Assembly: GCF_963921235.1 (NCBI RefSeq)
Contig: NC_086097.1
Coordinates: forward strand, 234,238,001-234,302,000
Source: Mobula hypostoma
Taxonomy: Eukaryota
Direction of reading: 5' to 3'
Length of the DNA: 64,000 nt
Position 1 is the stretch's first letter, and every line of letters begins with the position of its first letter. Below are positions 1 to 11,962 of this stretch, in pieces. A program made the translations under genes and the position numbers. The notes under the pieces are model-generated. The model was given only the letters and a program-made list of their open reading frames with translations, did not search any database and was not told where the DNA came from.

Positions 1-262
1 GGGGTTGATGTTCTTTTGTGTTCTGTAAGCTTTTCGTGCAGGAGAGGGGTTGTTTTTTTGGGGTTAATGTTCCTGTTCTGTTTTGTGCATAGGAGGGAGT
101 GGTGGATGATTGGGATGCCATTGTTTTTTCTACAGGAGGAGTGTTTCTCCCTGAACGACTTTCATGTTCTTTCTTTATTTCATGGTTATCTGGAGAATAC
201 AAATTTCAGAGTTGTGTGTGGACGCATGCTTTGATAATAAATGAACTTTTGAACTTCTGAAC
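1..262 (+). mobile_element. 3' part of a non-autonomous retroelement/SINE with GATAATAAA...(TTGAAC)-type tail
   Basis: Ends gataataaatgaacttttgaacttctgaac; similar tails at ~38540-38570 (+) and ~36450-36540 (-). Confidence 0.5.
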
Positions 263-264
263 CA

Positions 265-586
265 AAGCAGGTGTAAAGTGCTCCTTTCCTCCACTGGCCT
301 GCAGGTCACCCATAGACAAGTTATAGCACCTGCTTATACCCCCCCCCCCCCACCGATCAGGGTCACATAAAGCCCTGGGAGCAGGTCTATGAGCAGCCAG
401 TGCATATCGCAAGTCCTGGCTATGCGACCTGTCACGGCAGCAAACCATCCCTGAAGTGTGTTGATAATGTCTGAGGTTACCTGTCTTGTATGAAGAAGGC
501 AATGGCAAACCACTTCTGTAGAAAGTTTTGCCAAGAAAAATCATGGTCAAGACCACGATCGCCCACATCAATGACACGGCACATAC
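265..586 (+). mobile_element. RTE-related short interspersed element (GAAGAAGGCAATGGCAAACCAC family), copy 1
   Basis: Aligns with 27473-27836 and 37570-37945; the motif gaagaaggcaatggcaaaccac...ttgccaagaa resembles Bov-A/Sauria-SINE RTE-derived sequence. Confidence 0.7.
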
Positions 587-980
587 AAATGTCTCACCAA
601 AAACTAAAGAACAATAACATGGTTCACTGGAACCTTTTCAAAGGCAATTGGGAGTAAGCAATAAAATGAATAAATACAACTCTGACGACTCCATGGGTGC
701 CTCCTGCAGCATGGCCAACAGCAGAATTACTGTAGCCTATGTGTCCAAGTATCTCAAACTGAGCCAGTCTCTCCAAACTGCAGAGCAACATGGGATTACA
801 TGTAAAGGCCAGTCTGAATTGTCTGCTAATCACTGTTTTGGAAAATCTCATGAGATATTAAAAGGTAGAAACACGAAGTTCTGCAAAAATGATGAAAAAA
901 CTTACTGGGATATGTTGAGCTGTCTACCAACCACTTTCTTCTGATCTTACCTCAATTCAGTCAAGAGAATAACCTCTTCA

Positions 981-1470
981 GCCATGATGAAGACACTCTC
1001 AGGTGGAGGAACAACATTTCATATTCCACCTGGATAGCTTCCAACATGATGGCATGAACACTGTTTTCTCTTACTTCTGGTAATTTCCCTCTTGTCCTTC
1101 CCTCTTTCCATTCTGCTTTTGGGCTTCCCTCTTACCTCTTTCCTTCTCCTTGCCTGCCTTACTTTTTTTTTCCCATACCCCAGTCTCCTCTCCTATCAGA
1201 TTCCTTCTCCTTCTGCCCTTTACCTCTTCCACCCATCACCTCCCAGCTTCTCACATCAATCCTCCCCTCCACCCACCCACCTTCCCCCTCACCTAGTCTG
1301 ACCTATCACCTGTCAGCTTGTACTCCTTCCTCTCCCCCCAACCTTCGTATTCTGGCCTCTTCTCCCCTTCTTCTCCCGTCCTGATGGAGGGTTTAGGCCC
1401 AAAATGCTGACTGTTCATTCCTCTCCATAGATGCTGCCTGACCTACGGAGCTCCAGCATTTTGTGTGTGA
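981..1470 (+). mobile_element. Penelope-like (Neptune-type) 3' fragment with degenerate hammerhead
   Basis: Matches 44960-45440: end of the GIY-YIG ORF, pyrimidine-rich tract, then cctgatggagggtttaggcccaaaatg and gatgctgcctgacc. Confidence 0.8.
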
Positions 1471-3014
1471 CAGAATAACCTCAGCGATTTGCACCCTTAC
1501 TGCATGAATGCAAGGTTAGCTGTCGTAATTTTCTTTTGTTTCTCAACACTTCAGAGTGCTTTGAGCTACGGGTTTTTGTGGCTGAAGAGTCTGCACAAAA
1601 TATTGTACTGCTGCAGAAATGACCTGCCACCACATATCAATCAAAAGAAATGTCAAAGAGTTGACTCCTATACCCCTTCAAGCAACAAACTAAACTGCAC
1701 TCTGGGCTCAGGGAAGGACACACACTCTGCGCATCCTTATCGAACAGCAGACGTGATGCTACAGTTCATTACTGGCCGCCTGTTAGATTGGGTCAAGAGG
1801 GCAGGAAGCCTCGTTGGGGCAGCCTGTCGGCACCCAGATGATGGAGGAGTCTGTCAGAAACATCAACACTTTCAAATCATAAGAAGCAGGCATGGTTGTG
1901 ACAGCTGATCATTTGGCTAAAGACTGCAGTAACCTCCCTGCTTCTCCTTCTTCAGGACAGCAGCTCATGTCGAGAAAAGAAATGCATTACTGTGCAAGCC
2001 TTCTTTATTTTCCAGCTGCATAATGAGGATATATTAGTACATAAAAGTCCACATTTTGCCTTGAGAATTTTTGTAGACTTAAGTTTAGGGTCTTTACTAC
2101 AATGTACATCTCATATAATAAAAGATTACAGGGAAACTAAAGTTAAAAATAAAATTTTCAACTCAGGTCAGTACTTGAAGAAGGTGAATACAGAATGCTG
2201 CTGCATTCAAGATTAATATGGAAAGCCTTGACCAATTGTTATAGACTAATATTAAATTATAAATACAGACACTGATTTATGAAACGTAAAATAACAATTA
2301 CTTCCTGTACCTTCCATATCTTGGTAAATATATTTCAACCAGACAAATCATATTTTGCTGAGTATTGGGGAATGGTCATTTGGCACAAATAATAAAAAAA
2401 ATTTTGCATTGATGCATAGAGATTATAATTCAGGTCTTTCCCTGATATTAATTTATTTCTCTTAATATTGATGGGGTTCTTACCCCACTTACATCGTATA
2501 TTGATTAATACATTTTAAAAATTATTTATCATTGGATTTTATATTGAGAAAATTGCATTGTTCTGTGGAATATTGTAACACAGCTGAGGTGACATTTAAT
2601 ACCAGCAGGTAGGTGCCAGCAAACTGTGCAGTTTAACAATGAATATGCTAATTTCTTTTTTTTTTGATTCTGCAGTTAGGAGAAAATTAATAAGTAGAAT
2701 CAAATGTCAGCATTTTAATGGACTGCTACAGATATCAACTTTTATTACAGTGTGGTAAGCTTACCAATAGGTTTATGCAAAATGATTATTCATTTATATG
2801 CCAAAACTAACAAACATACTGTAACTGCTTGGAACAATGTGTCTGAAGATAATTGTTTTGGTACAATACTACTCTTCTTTAAAAGCAACATGTTACTGGA
2901 ATGTAATTGGAACTGATCGATGATTTGTTTTCAGAAGTTGCATACCACGTATGCAAACATCTGTAATTAAATCATACATAAGAGAAATACTGAAAGAGAA
3001 ATCTTGAAGTAGAA

Positions 3015-3033
3015 GGACACTAGATGGCAGTGT
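3015..3033 (+). promoter_or_regulatory. Candidate CTCF-binding motif
   Basis: GGACACTAGATGGCAGTGT fits the CCACYAGRKGGCR core with one mismatch and lies in repeat-free sequence. Confidence 0.45.
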
Positions 3034-4851
3034 TTAACAATTAATGGGGATTATTACTTCCCCATTCTACAACGTAATGAGAATAGCAAAGAGCAAAAAT
3101 CATCATACAAAATGAACTGTCACAATAACATGGTTTAATGCAAAAATGAATAATATTATATTTTATAAACAACAATAAATTTTAATATTTGTGGAGAAGC
3201 TTGGTGCTCCCCTAGTTTATCATGACTGATTTGTGTTGTGCTTGACTGGTGATGTGCCTTGCCTATTTTCTTCATATTTTCTTCCTGAGTATTTCATGTT
3301 GTGGAACAAGGAGAGAAAACTATCCTTGTTCATCATTTTAGTGCATAAAGTACAATTTAAACATGGTTTTGCCAATAAGGATGTAAATCTCTGCAAAAAG
3401 CTATCAGATATCAGTTGAATGTAGGCTGTGTTACATTAACAAGTTATTTCCTACTTGAAGGATTGCTTAGAAAAGAGGGCGAAAGAGACCTTAAGAAATG
3501 TCACAAGAATCAATAGAGAATTGTGCTTATCAATGTAACCATTCCCTTTGGAAGGTATTGATCTTGGCCTTCTAACAAAAATGTGTCTGGTATTTGTCTT
3601 ATTTTTAAATGCAATTCCACTAATATGCTTGTGTTTAACAAATGCTTCCAATATCTGTGTAAAATATTAATCATATTCTGAAAGTCTGTTCATCCACCAC
3701 AAGTCACAGACTGTTAGAGATGTAAGTTCCCACTTTCACAAGGAGCCAGTGGCCGAATCCCTCTCGTCAAACCCGACACATGATTTACACAGTCTTTTGG
3801 CACTCCATTTCTTTGTTGTATATAAGAAACCTGTCCGAATAGCAAACAAAACTCATTTCTAAAGCAGAAATTGAATTCATAGCAAACGACACAACCTTTG
3901 TGTGAGCTCCTTAACCTCATCTGCACAAAGGGAAAAAGGTGTCATCCTTTCATTCTCTCCCTGAACCTATTCTCTTGCTTGAATCTTTGAGGATGACTAT
4001 TGTCTTGATTTTATGTTTGTGCTTTGCTTGTCTCCATTTTCTATTTTGCATTTCTTTCTGGACCATGTGCTATTTTCCCAAATATCTTACTCTGATCTAA
4101 GATTTCCTTGGTCATTCTTTCTTCTAGATTTTAGTTTTGTTTGGTGTCTTCTCACCAATAGAGTGAGAATGGGAATCCACTTGAATTCCCATCGTGATTT
4201 GTGTGCTAGATGAGGAGGACAAGAAATGAAAACAGAAACCTCTTAAATGGTATGTGCAGGTCTAATCAAGGACAGGGGAAGCAGACAAATCAGTTGTGTT
4301 TGTTTCCTCCCATTTTGTGGACTTTGAACTGAATCTTGCTCCGGGATAATCTAATCAGAGCAATTGAATGTGGGTACAAGAAGATTCATGTAATGAATGT
4401 CCCGGAGTTAAGACAATAAAGCAATTATCTTGCATCATGTTCTTCAGGTGAAATGGTACTGTGAGCTTGGCATGTCAGCATCAATATATTAAAACCTATA
4501 CACATCACAAATGCAAGCATTAATGATACAATTATATTTTAGCCTTTGAGCATCTGAAGAGTAGATCAACATCTCAAATCCTGCAGAAAGCCAAAGTCAA
4601 ATTTATTAACAAAGTACATATATGTTACAATATAACACCTTGAGGTTTATTTTCTTGCATGTATTGTTGACCAGAAGAAACTATAGTCTAATCAAGGACA
4701 GGGGAAGCAGACAAATCAGTTGTGTTTGTTTCCTCCCATTTTGTGGACTTTGAACTGAATCTTGCTCCGGGATAATCTAATCAGAGCAATTGAATGTGGG
4801 TACAAGAAGATTCATGTAATGAATGGCCTGATAAACCTGAGATCATTCTCA

Positions 4852-5878
4852 GGCTACATCCACACTACGCCGGATAATTTTGAAAACAAAGCTTTTTCTC
4901 TTCGTTTTGACTCTCTGTCCACACTAAAACGACGTTTTCATCCCCCAAAAACGGAGATTTTCAGAAACGGTCTCCAGGGTGAATAAATTTGAAAACGCCT
5001 AATATCCGTTGCAGTGTGTCAAATTTATTAACAAAGTACATATATGTTACAATAACCGGAGCTTTTTAAAACCGCTGTCATGATTTGCTGGAACAGATGG
5101 CAGCAGCGCAGCATTTCACTAATTTCTTCTTCTTCTTCTTCTTCTTATTATTATTATTATTATTACTACTTTATTGTCGCCAAACAATTGATACTAGAGT
5201 GTACAATCATCACAGTGATATTTGATTCTGCGCTTCGCAGAACCTAACAATTTCAGAACGGACAGCAACGAGCCTGAAGCCAGAAGAGTTAGAAATGTAC
5301 TCACCAAATACGTTGACCTATAGCTTACTGAATAAATAAGTATACTCACTCTGCCCTGTTTTCTGTCCTTGCTTGTATGAAGGTGGTTTACCTACTTATG
5401 CGAGTACTTCTCTGACAATAGATGTGTAACAGGCTAATGTAACATTGTATGGAAATACAAGATAACACTGATGCAGACATGTTTTATACATTTAACAAGG
5501 TGCTTTATTAATGCAACAGAGTTAGTCAGTTTTTCAATGTTCATCGTCAGCTGGGTCATACTGTCTGTGAACTCCCTATTGGTTGCCTCCATATGCTCCA
5601 GTATTTGTTTTTTTTTAGTTTTAAGTCCTCCTGCGCGAGAGCCAAGAGCAATTCCTTTTAAGTTTTTCTACTCTGTAACTGGACAAACACGCATTAAGTA
5701 TACAGTTTGCTCTTCGCTTGTTTTCTGTGTGTCCTGCGTGTGCCGAGTAGTGGAGATTTGCCCAAATATCCGTGTTAGTGTGGACAGGGATATTTTGAAA
5801 AACGCTTAGTGTGTATGCCTGTCATTTTTAGTCAAAACCGGCGTTTTCAAAATTATCCGGCATAGTGTGGACGTAGCC
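4852..5878. mobile_element. Non-autonomous PIF/Harbinger DNA transposon (MITE)
   Basis: ~36-bp TIRs ggctacatccacactacgccggataattttgaaaac / gttttcaaaattatccggcatagtgtggacgtagcc; 3-bp TSD TCA (4849-4851/5879-5881). Confidence 0.88.
5124..5170. repeat. Compound microsatellite (TTC)n(TTA)n
   Basis: Directly visible. Confidence 0.9.
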
Positions 5879-6621
5879 TCAGACAAGCAGCTATTTGTTA
5901 TGTAAAGGGTGTGGACTCTGAAATGATCCTTGCTCTGTGACAATCTAATCAGAGCAATTAAATGTAGACACATTACTTCAGCTAATGCCCTGCTAAATCT
6001 GAGACCATTCTCAGATGAGTAGCGACTTATTATGTACAAGGCCAGACCTACCAAAGAAGCAATCTTTAATCGTGTTCAACTCTGTCTGGATTGCCTCATT
6101 TGACTGGATTGGTCCAGTCAGAGTTGAAAGACACAAATACTCAAGGCAAGGCTGGACAGAACCATGAAACAATGTTGGTTGTAGCCCTGTACAAGAACCA
6201 GTGAGAAGGTGACCCAGGTAGGTCAGGTGACCTTGAGCCAGTGGGGTGGAGATCCACCAGTTCAATTGATGAAAAACACTATAAGAGTCAGGAGCTCGAA
6301 ATAAGCACGGGCGATAACTCTCCAGCAACCAGAAACCAACCGTCGTGGATAAGGAGGACCCCATGGACACTTGGAAATTGGGATCACGAGGAATGCCTGG
6401 CCAGTGTAGACTCCTTACCCAAGTACTACCTTTCCTCTTCATCGACTGAACTTAGTGGGATGCACACAGGTAGTTAGCTTGTAAATCCACATGATTTTTA
6501 GTTGAGTCAATAAAAGTTGCTTGTCAGTAAATATCGATTCTCTGTGTTTCACTGATCATTATTACAAGGGGTGATTCTTGTAACAGTATTTACAAAAAAA
6601 AAGAAATACAATAGAAATTAA

Positions 6622-7379
6622 TTGGCAGCACGCTCGGTCACAGCTGTCATCAAGGTCCAAGCAAAGGTGCATTAGTTCGTCCCTTATGTCTTTTTATGAT
6701 CTTAAGTCACTGCTGGATATGAAGACCATCAAGCCCTGCAGAACTATCCCAACAGCAAGGTTCTCAATAGTGATGGAGCTGGATTTATTGTGTGGTGTGG
6801 TGTTGTTGCCTGAACATGTAGTGTGCCTTTGCACCGAGAAGGTGCACTGTGTGAGTGACTGTATTATGACTGCAAGACCCTGTTGGAGATTGGTTACATA
6901 GAATACTGCAGGTGCAGCTCACTAGTTTATCGGTGAGGCCTACGGTGGGGGCAGCGAGGACTAGGCCCTCGCCAAAGGATCAGCTGATGCAGTCACCTAG
7001 AGGAGGAGACATATTGGCGATGAGGAAGAGAGCAGGCACACTGGGATCTGTACTGGGTTGGCGGATGGCCACTCCTTTCAGTGATGCCCTCTGGTTTTCG
7101 CTCAGATCTGCCACCTAGTGATCACTCAGTTGAAGAACAAGCTGGAGCAGGACAACTTACAATCAGTCTACAGAAATACCACTCGAGGACTTGGGGAATA
7201 TATTTTTTCTGTGACTGTTCAGTATGTTTTTCTGCAACTGTAACCCTACATGCCTTTTGTGCTTTGTGCTAGATGCAGAGTGCTGTGTGCTGTTGGTAAT
7301 GTGTTTTGCACCCTGCCCCTGAGGAATGCTGATAGTTGGCTTGAGATATGGTTGAATGATAATTAAACTTGAACTTGAA
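6622..7379 (+). mobile_element. Non-autonomous retroelement with (TTGAAC)n tail
   Basis: Interrupts the Rex1-type tail; ends gataattaaacttgaacttgaa. Confidence 0.55.
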
Positions 7380-7427
7380 TTATGAAAAACTATAAATAAA
7401 CTTAGACATAAAAGCAACCAATGTGCA

Positions 7428-7986
7428 TGTAAGGGTCTTTGCCCCACTGACCCCCCCCCATTGCTTAGGGTGAATAGCTGTCAACCCCACCGAACAGTGC
7501 AATTGCTTGGGTGCGGATAAGGTGTTAGGTTAGTAGAAACAACTACAAGAAAAGGTGCCACATAAGTAACTTATCAGTCTTGTGCACATAATATTTTAAT
7601 ACGTTGGAGCTCACACCTCTGATTCCATCCACAACATCCTTCCGAGACTCTGGCCACCCTCCAAATCCCGGAGATCCGGTATCCACCACCCTGGAACTGC
7701 TGTCCGTTCCTCTCATGTCCGTCCTCTCTGCTCGCCTCCTGAAAAAACCCACCCTCCTCAACTCGGCACACATATACAAGATAACAGAACATGACTTCCA
7801 TTGGCTAACAAATGAATACAATTGCCATTATCTGCCTGTATAACCCAAACATTGCAGTTACAGAGAACCCCTTGCTCAACAGTTAACATTACGAGAAGCC
7901 ATTTTTATATAACACTTCAGAGAAGCCATTTTGGTAATAAGCGATCAACAGTTAACAGTCCACCTAGTATACTGAGAGCCCTAACA
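7428..7986 (-). mobile_element. Solo LTR (559 bp)
   Basis: TGTAAGGG...CCCTAACA imperfect inverted termini; 4-bp TSD TGCA (7424-7427/7987-7990); orientation inferred from ATTAAA on the minus strand. Confidence 0.78.
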
Positions 7987-8404
7987 TGCAAAAGATGACA
8001 AATAGCGCAGATAAAAAATAATAATACTATGGCGATGAATTGTAGAGGCCTTCAGGATGTCTGTAGTTTGTGAGAAAGCTCAAAGTGTTCCAGTCAGTGG
8101 TGAAATCTAACTATTTGTACGCTTCTGAGACTTGGCATATCAACAGTAGTGCTTACAGTCGAGCTACCTGGTAATGGCTCTGACATCTACCATCTTGAGG
8201 CTGGTCATGGCATACATCACATCCAATATTGATTGGATCTGTATGAACAATATGCAAGACAAACTTTTCACTGTATGTGACAATAATAAACCAAAACCAA
8301 TACTAATACTAGAGCCTTGAGGGGATATCGTTGCTGAATTGTTTTTTAGGAAAAAAAGCACAGTAACAGACACTTCTGGCTTAATGAGTCCACGCGTCAT
8401 TCAT

Positions 8405-8566
8405 ATGAGTAACTGGCCTAACCCATATGAGTTTGAAATTTGGGACTAACCAGAGAAAATGAGAACAATCATGGGGGGAGCATACAAAACTCCCTGTAGA
8501 CCGCAGTGGAACTGAAACCAGGTCACTGGTGCTAAAATAGTATCACACTACACTAACTGTGCTGCA
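8405..8566 (-). mobile_element. Degenerate tRNA-derived V-SINE
   Basis: Similar to 30350-30570 and 63210-63460. Confidence 0.55.
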
Positions 8567-8840
8567 AAATCATTCAAATCCAGTGACAGAATAAGTTGAC
8601 CACCATCACGGCTTCTCCTAAGCATCACGCACACCATGAAGGCCTTAATTGCACTCACTTGTAACCTGTGGGGAGGAGATGTAGTTGCCATCATGTATAT
8701 CGGACTCCAGTCCGACCTCTATCATGCAAAGTGGACCAAGGAAACCATTCAAGGATGTTCTCAATCACTTCTCAGGAAAGTTTAACATCGCCACTGTAGC
8801 AAGTTGGTGCTCCCAGATCTTGTACTGTTCACCAATGAAG

Positions 8841-11250
8841 GTCATAGAGTCATAGAAAAGTATAGCACAGAAATAGGTCCTTTGGCCAATCCAGTCTGTG
8901 CCAAACCTTTTCAACTACGTACTCCCATCAACCTGCACCCGGACAATAGTCCTCCATTCCCCTGCCATCCATGTACCTATCCAAGTTTCGCTTAAATTTA
9001 GATGTGGCCTCCCGGACGGACACATCTGCAGCAGGTGCATCGAGCAGCAGCTCCTTAGGGACCGCGTTAGGGAACTGCAGATGCAGCTCGATGACCTTTG
9101 TCTGGTCAGGGAGAATGGGGAGGTGATAGAGAGGAGCTATAGGCAGGTAGTCACACTGGTGTCTAGGGAGGCAGATAAGTGGGTAACAGTCAGGACAGGG
9201 AAGGGCAGGAGTCAGAGGCCAGAGAGTACCCCTGTGACTGTACTCCTTGACAATAAGTACTCCTGGCTGAGTACTGTTGTGGGAGACGGCCTGCCTGGGG
9301 CACAGCTTTGTGGGCCGAAGGGCCTATATTGTGCTGTAGGTTTTCTATGTTTCTATGTAGATCATTGAAATCGAGCTTGGATGCACCACTTGCTCTGGTA
9401 ACTCATTCCACATTCTCACAGCCCTCTGAGTGAAGCAGTTTCCCCTCATGTTCCCCTTAAACTTTTCACCCACCCTTAACTCAGGACCTCTAGTTGTAGT
9501 CCCACCCAACCTCAGTGAAAAAAATGCGATTGCATTTATCTTATCTATGCACCTCATATTTTATATACCTCTATCTAATTTCCCCTCAATCCTCCACATT
9601 CCAAGGAATGAAGTCCTACCTATTCAATCTTTCCTATTACTCAGGTTCTCCAGTCCCAGCAACATCCTGGTAAATTTTCTCTGTACTCTTCAACCTAATT
9701 TACATCTTTCTTGTTCTTAGTGACCAAACTGTACATAATCCTCCAAATTAGGCCCTACTAGTTTCTTATACAACTTCAATATAACATCCCATCCTCTGCA
9801 CTCAATACTTTGATTTATGAAGGCCAATGTTTATGACCGTATCTACCTGTGACACTACTTTCAATGAATTGTGGACCTATATTTGCAAATCCCTTTGTTT
9901 TACCATACTCCTGAGTGCCCTACCGGTCTCTGTGTAAGACCTGCCCTGGTTGATCCTACTGAAGTGCAGCACCTCACATTTGAATTCCATCTGCCATTTA
10001 TCCAACTGATCCAGATCCTGCTGCAAGCTCTAATAGTCGTCCTTGCTGTCCTCCACACCCCACTATCTTGGTGTCATCTATAAATTGCTGATCCAGTTAA
10101 CTATTATCATCCAGTTCATTGATACGTATGTCAAACAACAATGGACCCAGCACCGATCCCTGTGACACTCCACTAGTCACAGGCCTCTATAGCAACCATC
10201 TACTGCCATTCTCTGGCTTCTTCCGCAGAGCCAAAGTCAAATCCAATTTACAACCTCATCTCGAACGCCAAGTGACTGAGCCTTCATAACCAACCTCCCA
10301 TGCAGGACCTTGTAAAATTCCTTGCTAAAGTCCACGTGGACAACATCCAATGCTTTGCCTTCATCAACATTCTTGTTACCTTCTTTGAAAAACTCTAAAA
10401 TTGGTTAAGCATGACCTACCATGTACAAAGCCATACTGACTATTCCTAATCTGTCCATGTCTTTCCAAATACTTATATATCTATACATCCGGTCTCTTAG
10501 AATACCTTCCGATAACTTTCCTCTGCTGATGTCAGGCTCACCAATCTATAATTTCCTCGTTGATTTCTAGAGCCTTTCTTAAACAGAGCAAAAACATTAG
10601 CTATCTTTCAGTCCTCTGGTACCTTTCCTGTCGCTAAGGATGATTTAACCATCTCTGCTAGAGCCTGTGCATTTTCTGGACCTACATCCCACAGGGTTCA
10701 AGGGAACACTTCGTTACACCCTTGGGATTTATCCACCTTAATTTGACAATAAACACCTCGTCCTCCTCTATAATTTGTATAGGGTCCTTGAAGATGATGC
10801 TGCTTTGCTTCACTTCTATAGACTCTGTGTCCTTCTCTTGAGTAAATACAGATGCAAAAAAGTAATTTAAAATCTGCCCCATCTTCTTTGTCTCCACGCA
10901 TAGATCATCATTCCAATTTTGTCCCTTGCAAACCTTTAGCTTTTAACATATCTGTAGACTCCTTTAGGATTCACCTTCACTTTATCTGCTAGGTCAGCCT
11001 CCTGATTTTTTCCTTAAGTGTGCTCTTTCAAAACTCTCCCGAACACACTTGACAAACTCTATCCCATCTAGTTTTTATACAGTATGGGAGCCCCAGTCAA
11101 TATGTGGAAAGTTAAAATTACCGACTATAACAACATTACATTTCTTACAACAGTCAGTGATTTCTCTACAAATTTGTTCCTCTAATTCCCATGGACTGTC
11201 GGGTTGTCTATTTTTATAGCCCTATTATGTGATCATACCTTTCTTGTTTG
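8841..11250 (-). mobile_element. Old CR1 LINE ORF2 and 3' UTR, degenerate
   Basis: Minus-strand peptides LNYFFASVFTQEKD, VDKSQG and FTQRAVRMWNELP; tail ctatgactctatgac. Confidence 0.85.
9001..9358 (+). mobile_element. CR1 deletion derivative: ORF1 zinc-finger/leucine-zipper segment fused to the 3' tail
   Basis: HICSRCIEQQLLRDRVRELQMQLDDL...KYSWLSTV followed directly by gtgggccgaagggcct...tttctatgtttctatg. Confidence 0.8.
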
Positions 11251-11277
11251 TCAGGATTGGTCATAGTGCCTCCCAAG

Positions 11278-11962
11278 GAGAAAATGGCGGCACAACGGCA
11301 GCGCGCGCGGCCACTTCAGTGGTGATGTCTGTTATCTGTCAAGTAGGGGACCGTGTACAATCCTGATTTGATGGAGACAGACGTGAGAGTACGGAGGAAC
11401 ATCTGGAAAACTTCTGAAATGCCCGCTTCGCTGCCGCTGCTACTGTGTAGTAACCGGAATCTCCGGAGCAGAATGCCCCGAAATCCTCGGCTTTGCGCGT
11501 TTCAGCGGCTGGGGCGAGGTTGAAGGCGCTCGGCAGAGGATGACACTCGGGAGGATGTATCGGAGAGGCTGCTCGGAAGCTCGGAGTTTTCGGACGGATG
11601 GACTCAGTGTCGGCTGTTGTCGGCTGCTTCCAAGGCATCGGCAAGTTGACGTTGCCTGGAGGTTTATGGCAGGGAGTTTCTCCCTTTTGCCGCCGCTATC
11701 AGGGACTCGGGAGTCGATCGACTTGGGGACTTTTGAGATTTTAGTTACCATGCCCATGATTTGTTCGTCATCAAATTATGGTATTCCTTTGCACTGCTAT
11801 AACTATATGTTATAATTATGTGGATCTGTCAGTGTTAGTCTTTGGTTTGTCCTGTTTTCTGTGATATCACTCCGGAGAAACATTGTATCATTTCTTAACG
11901 CATGTATGCATTTCTAAATGACAATAAAAGAGGACTGAGTGTTCTCATAATCTAAAAATCTA
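11278..11962 (+). mobile_element. CpG-rich non-autonomous retroelement (AAAATGGCGG start, (AATCT)-type tail), copy 1
   Basis: Related along its length to 15905-16523; AATAAA before the tail. Confidence 0.7.

Larger units (their letters stand above)
4665..6585 (+). mobile_element. Solo LTR (Gypsy/ERV-like) containing a nested Harbinger element
   Basis: TGTT...AACA termini, 4-bp TSD GTAT (4661-4664/6586-6589), AATAAA near 6508; both ends similar to the LTR at 62315-63147. Confidence 0.8.
4591..8100 (-). mobile_element. Rex1/Babar-type 3' tail split into four pieces by later insertions (4591-4664, 6586-6620, 7380-7427, 7987-8100)
   Basis: The joined pieces resemble the tail at 13405-14000 (caaagt-aaatttattatc...atatatgt...tgag-tt-attttcttg). 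Confidence 0.6.

Noticed and set aside
1489..1908. 139-aa ORF / plus-strand exon after the acceptor-like site at ~1555
   Set aside because: No recognisable domain, no ATG at the predicted start, no partner exons.
4260..6013. CRISPR-like or regularly spaced array
   Set aside because: Only two or three long copies, no constant repeat-spacer period, eukaryotic context.
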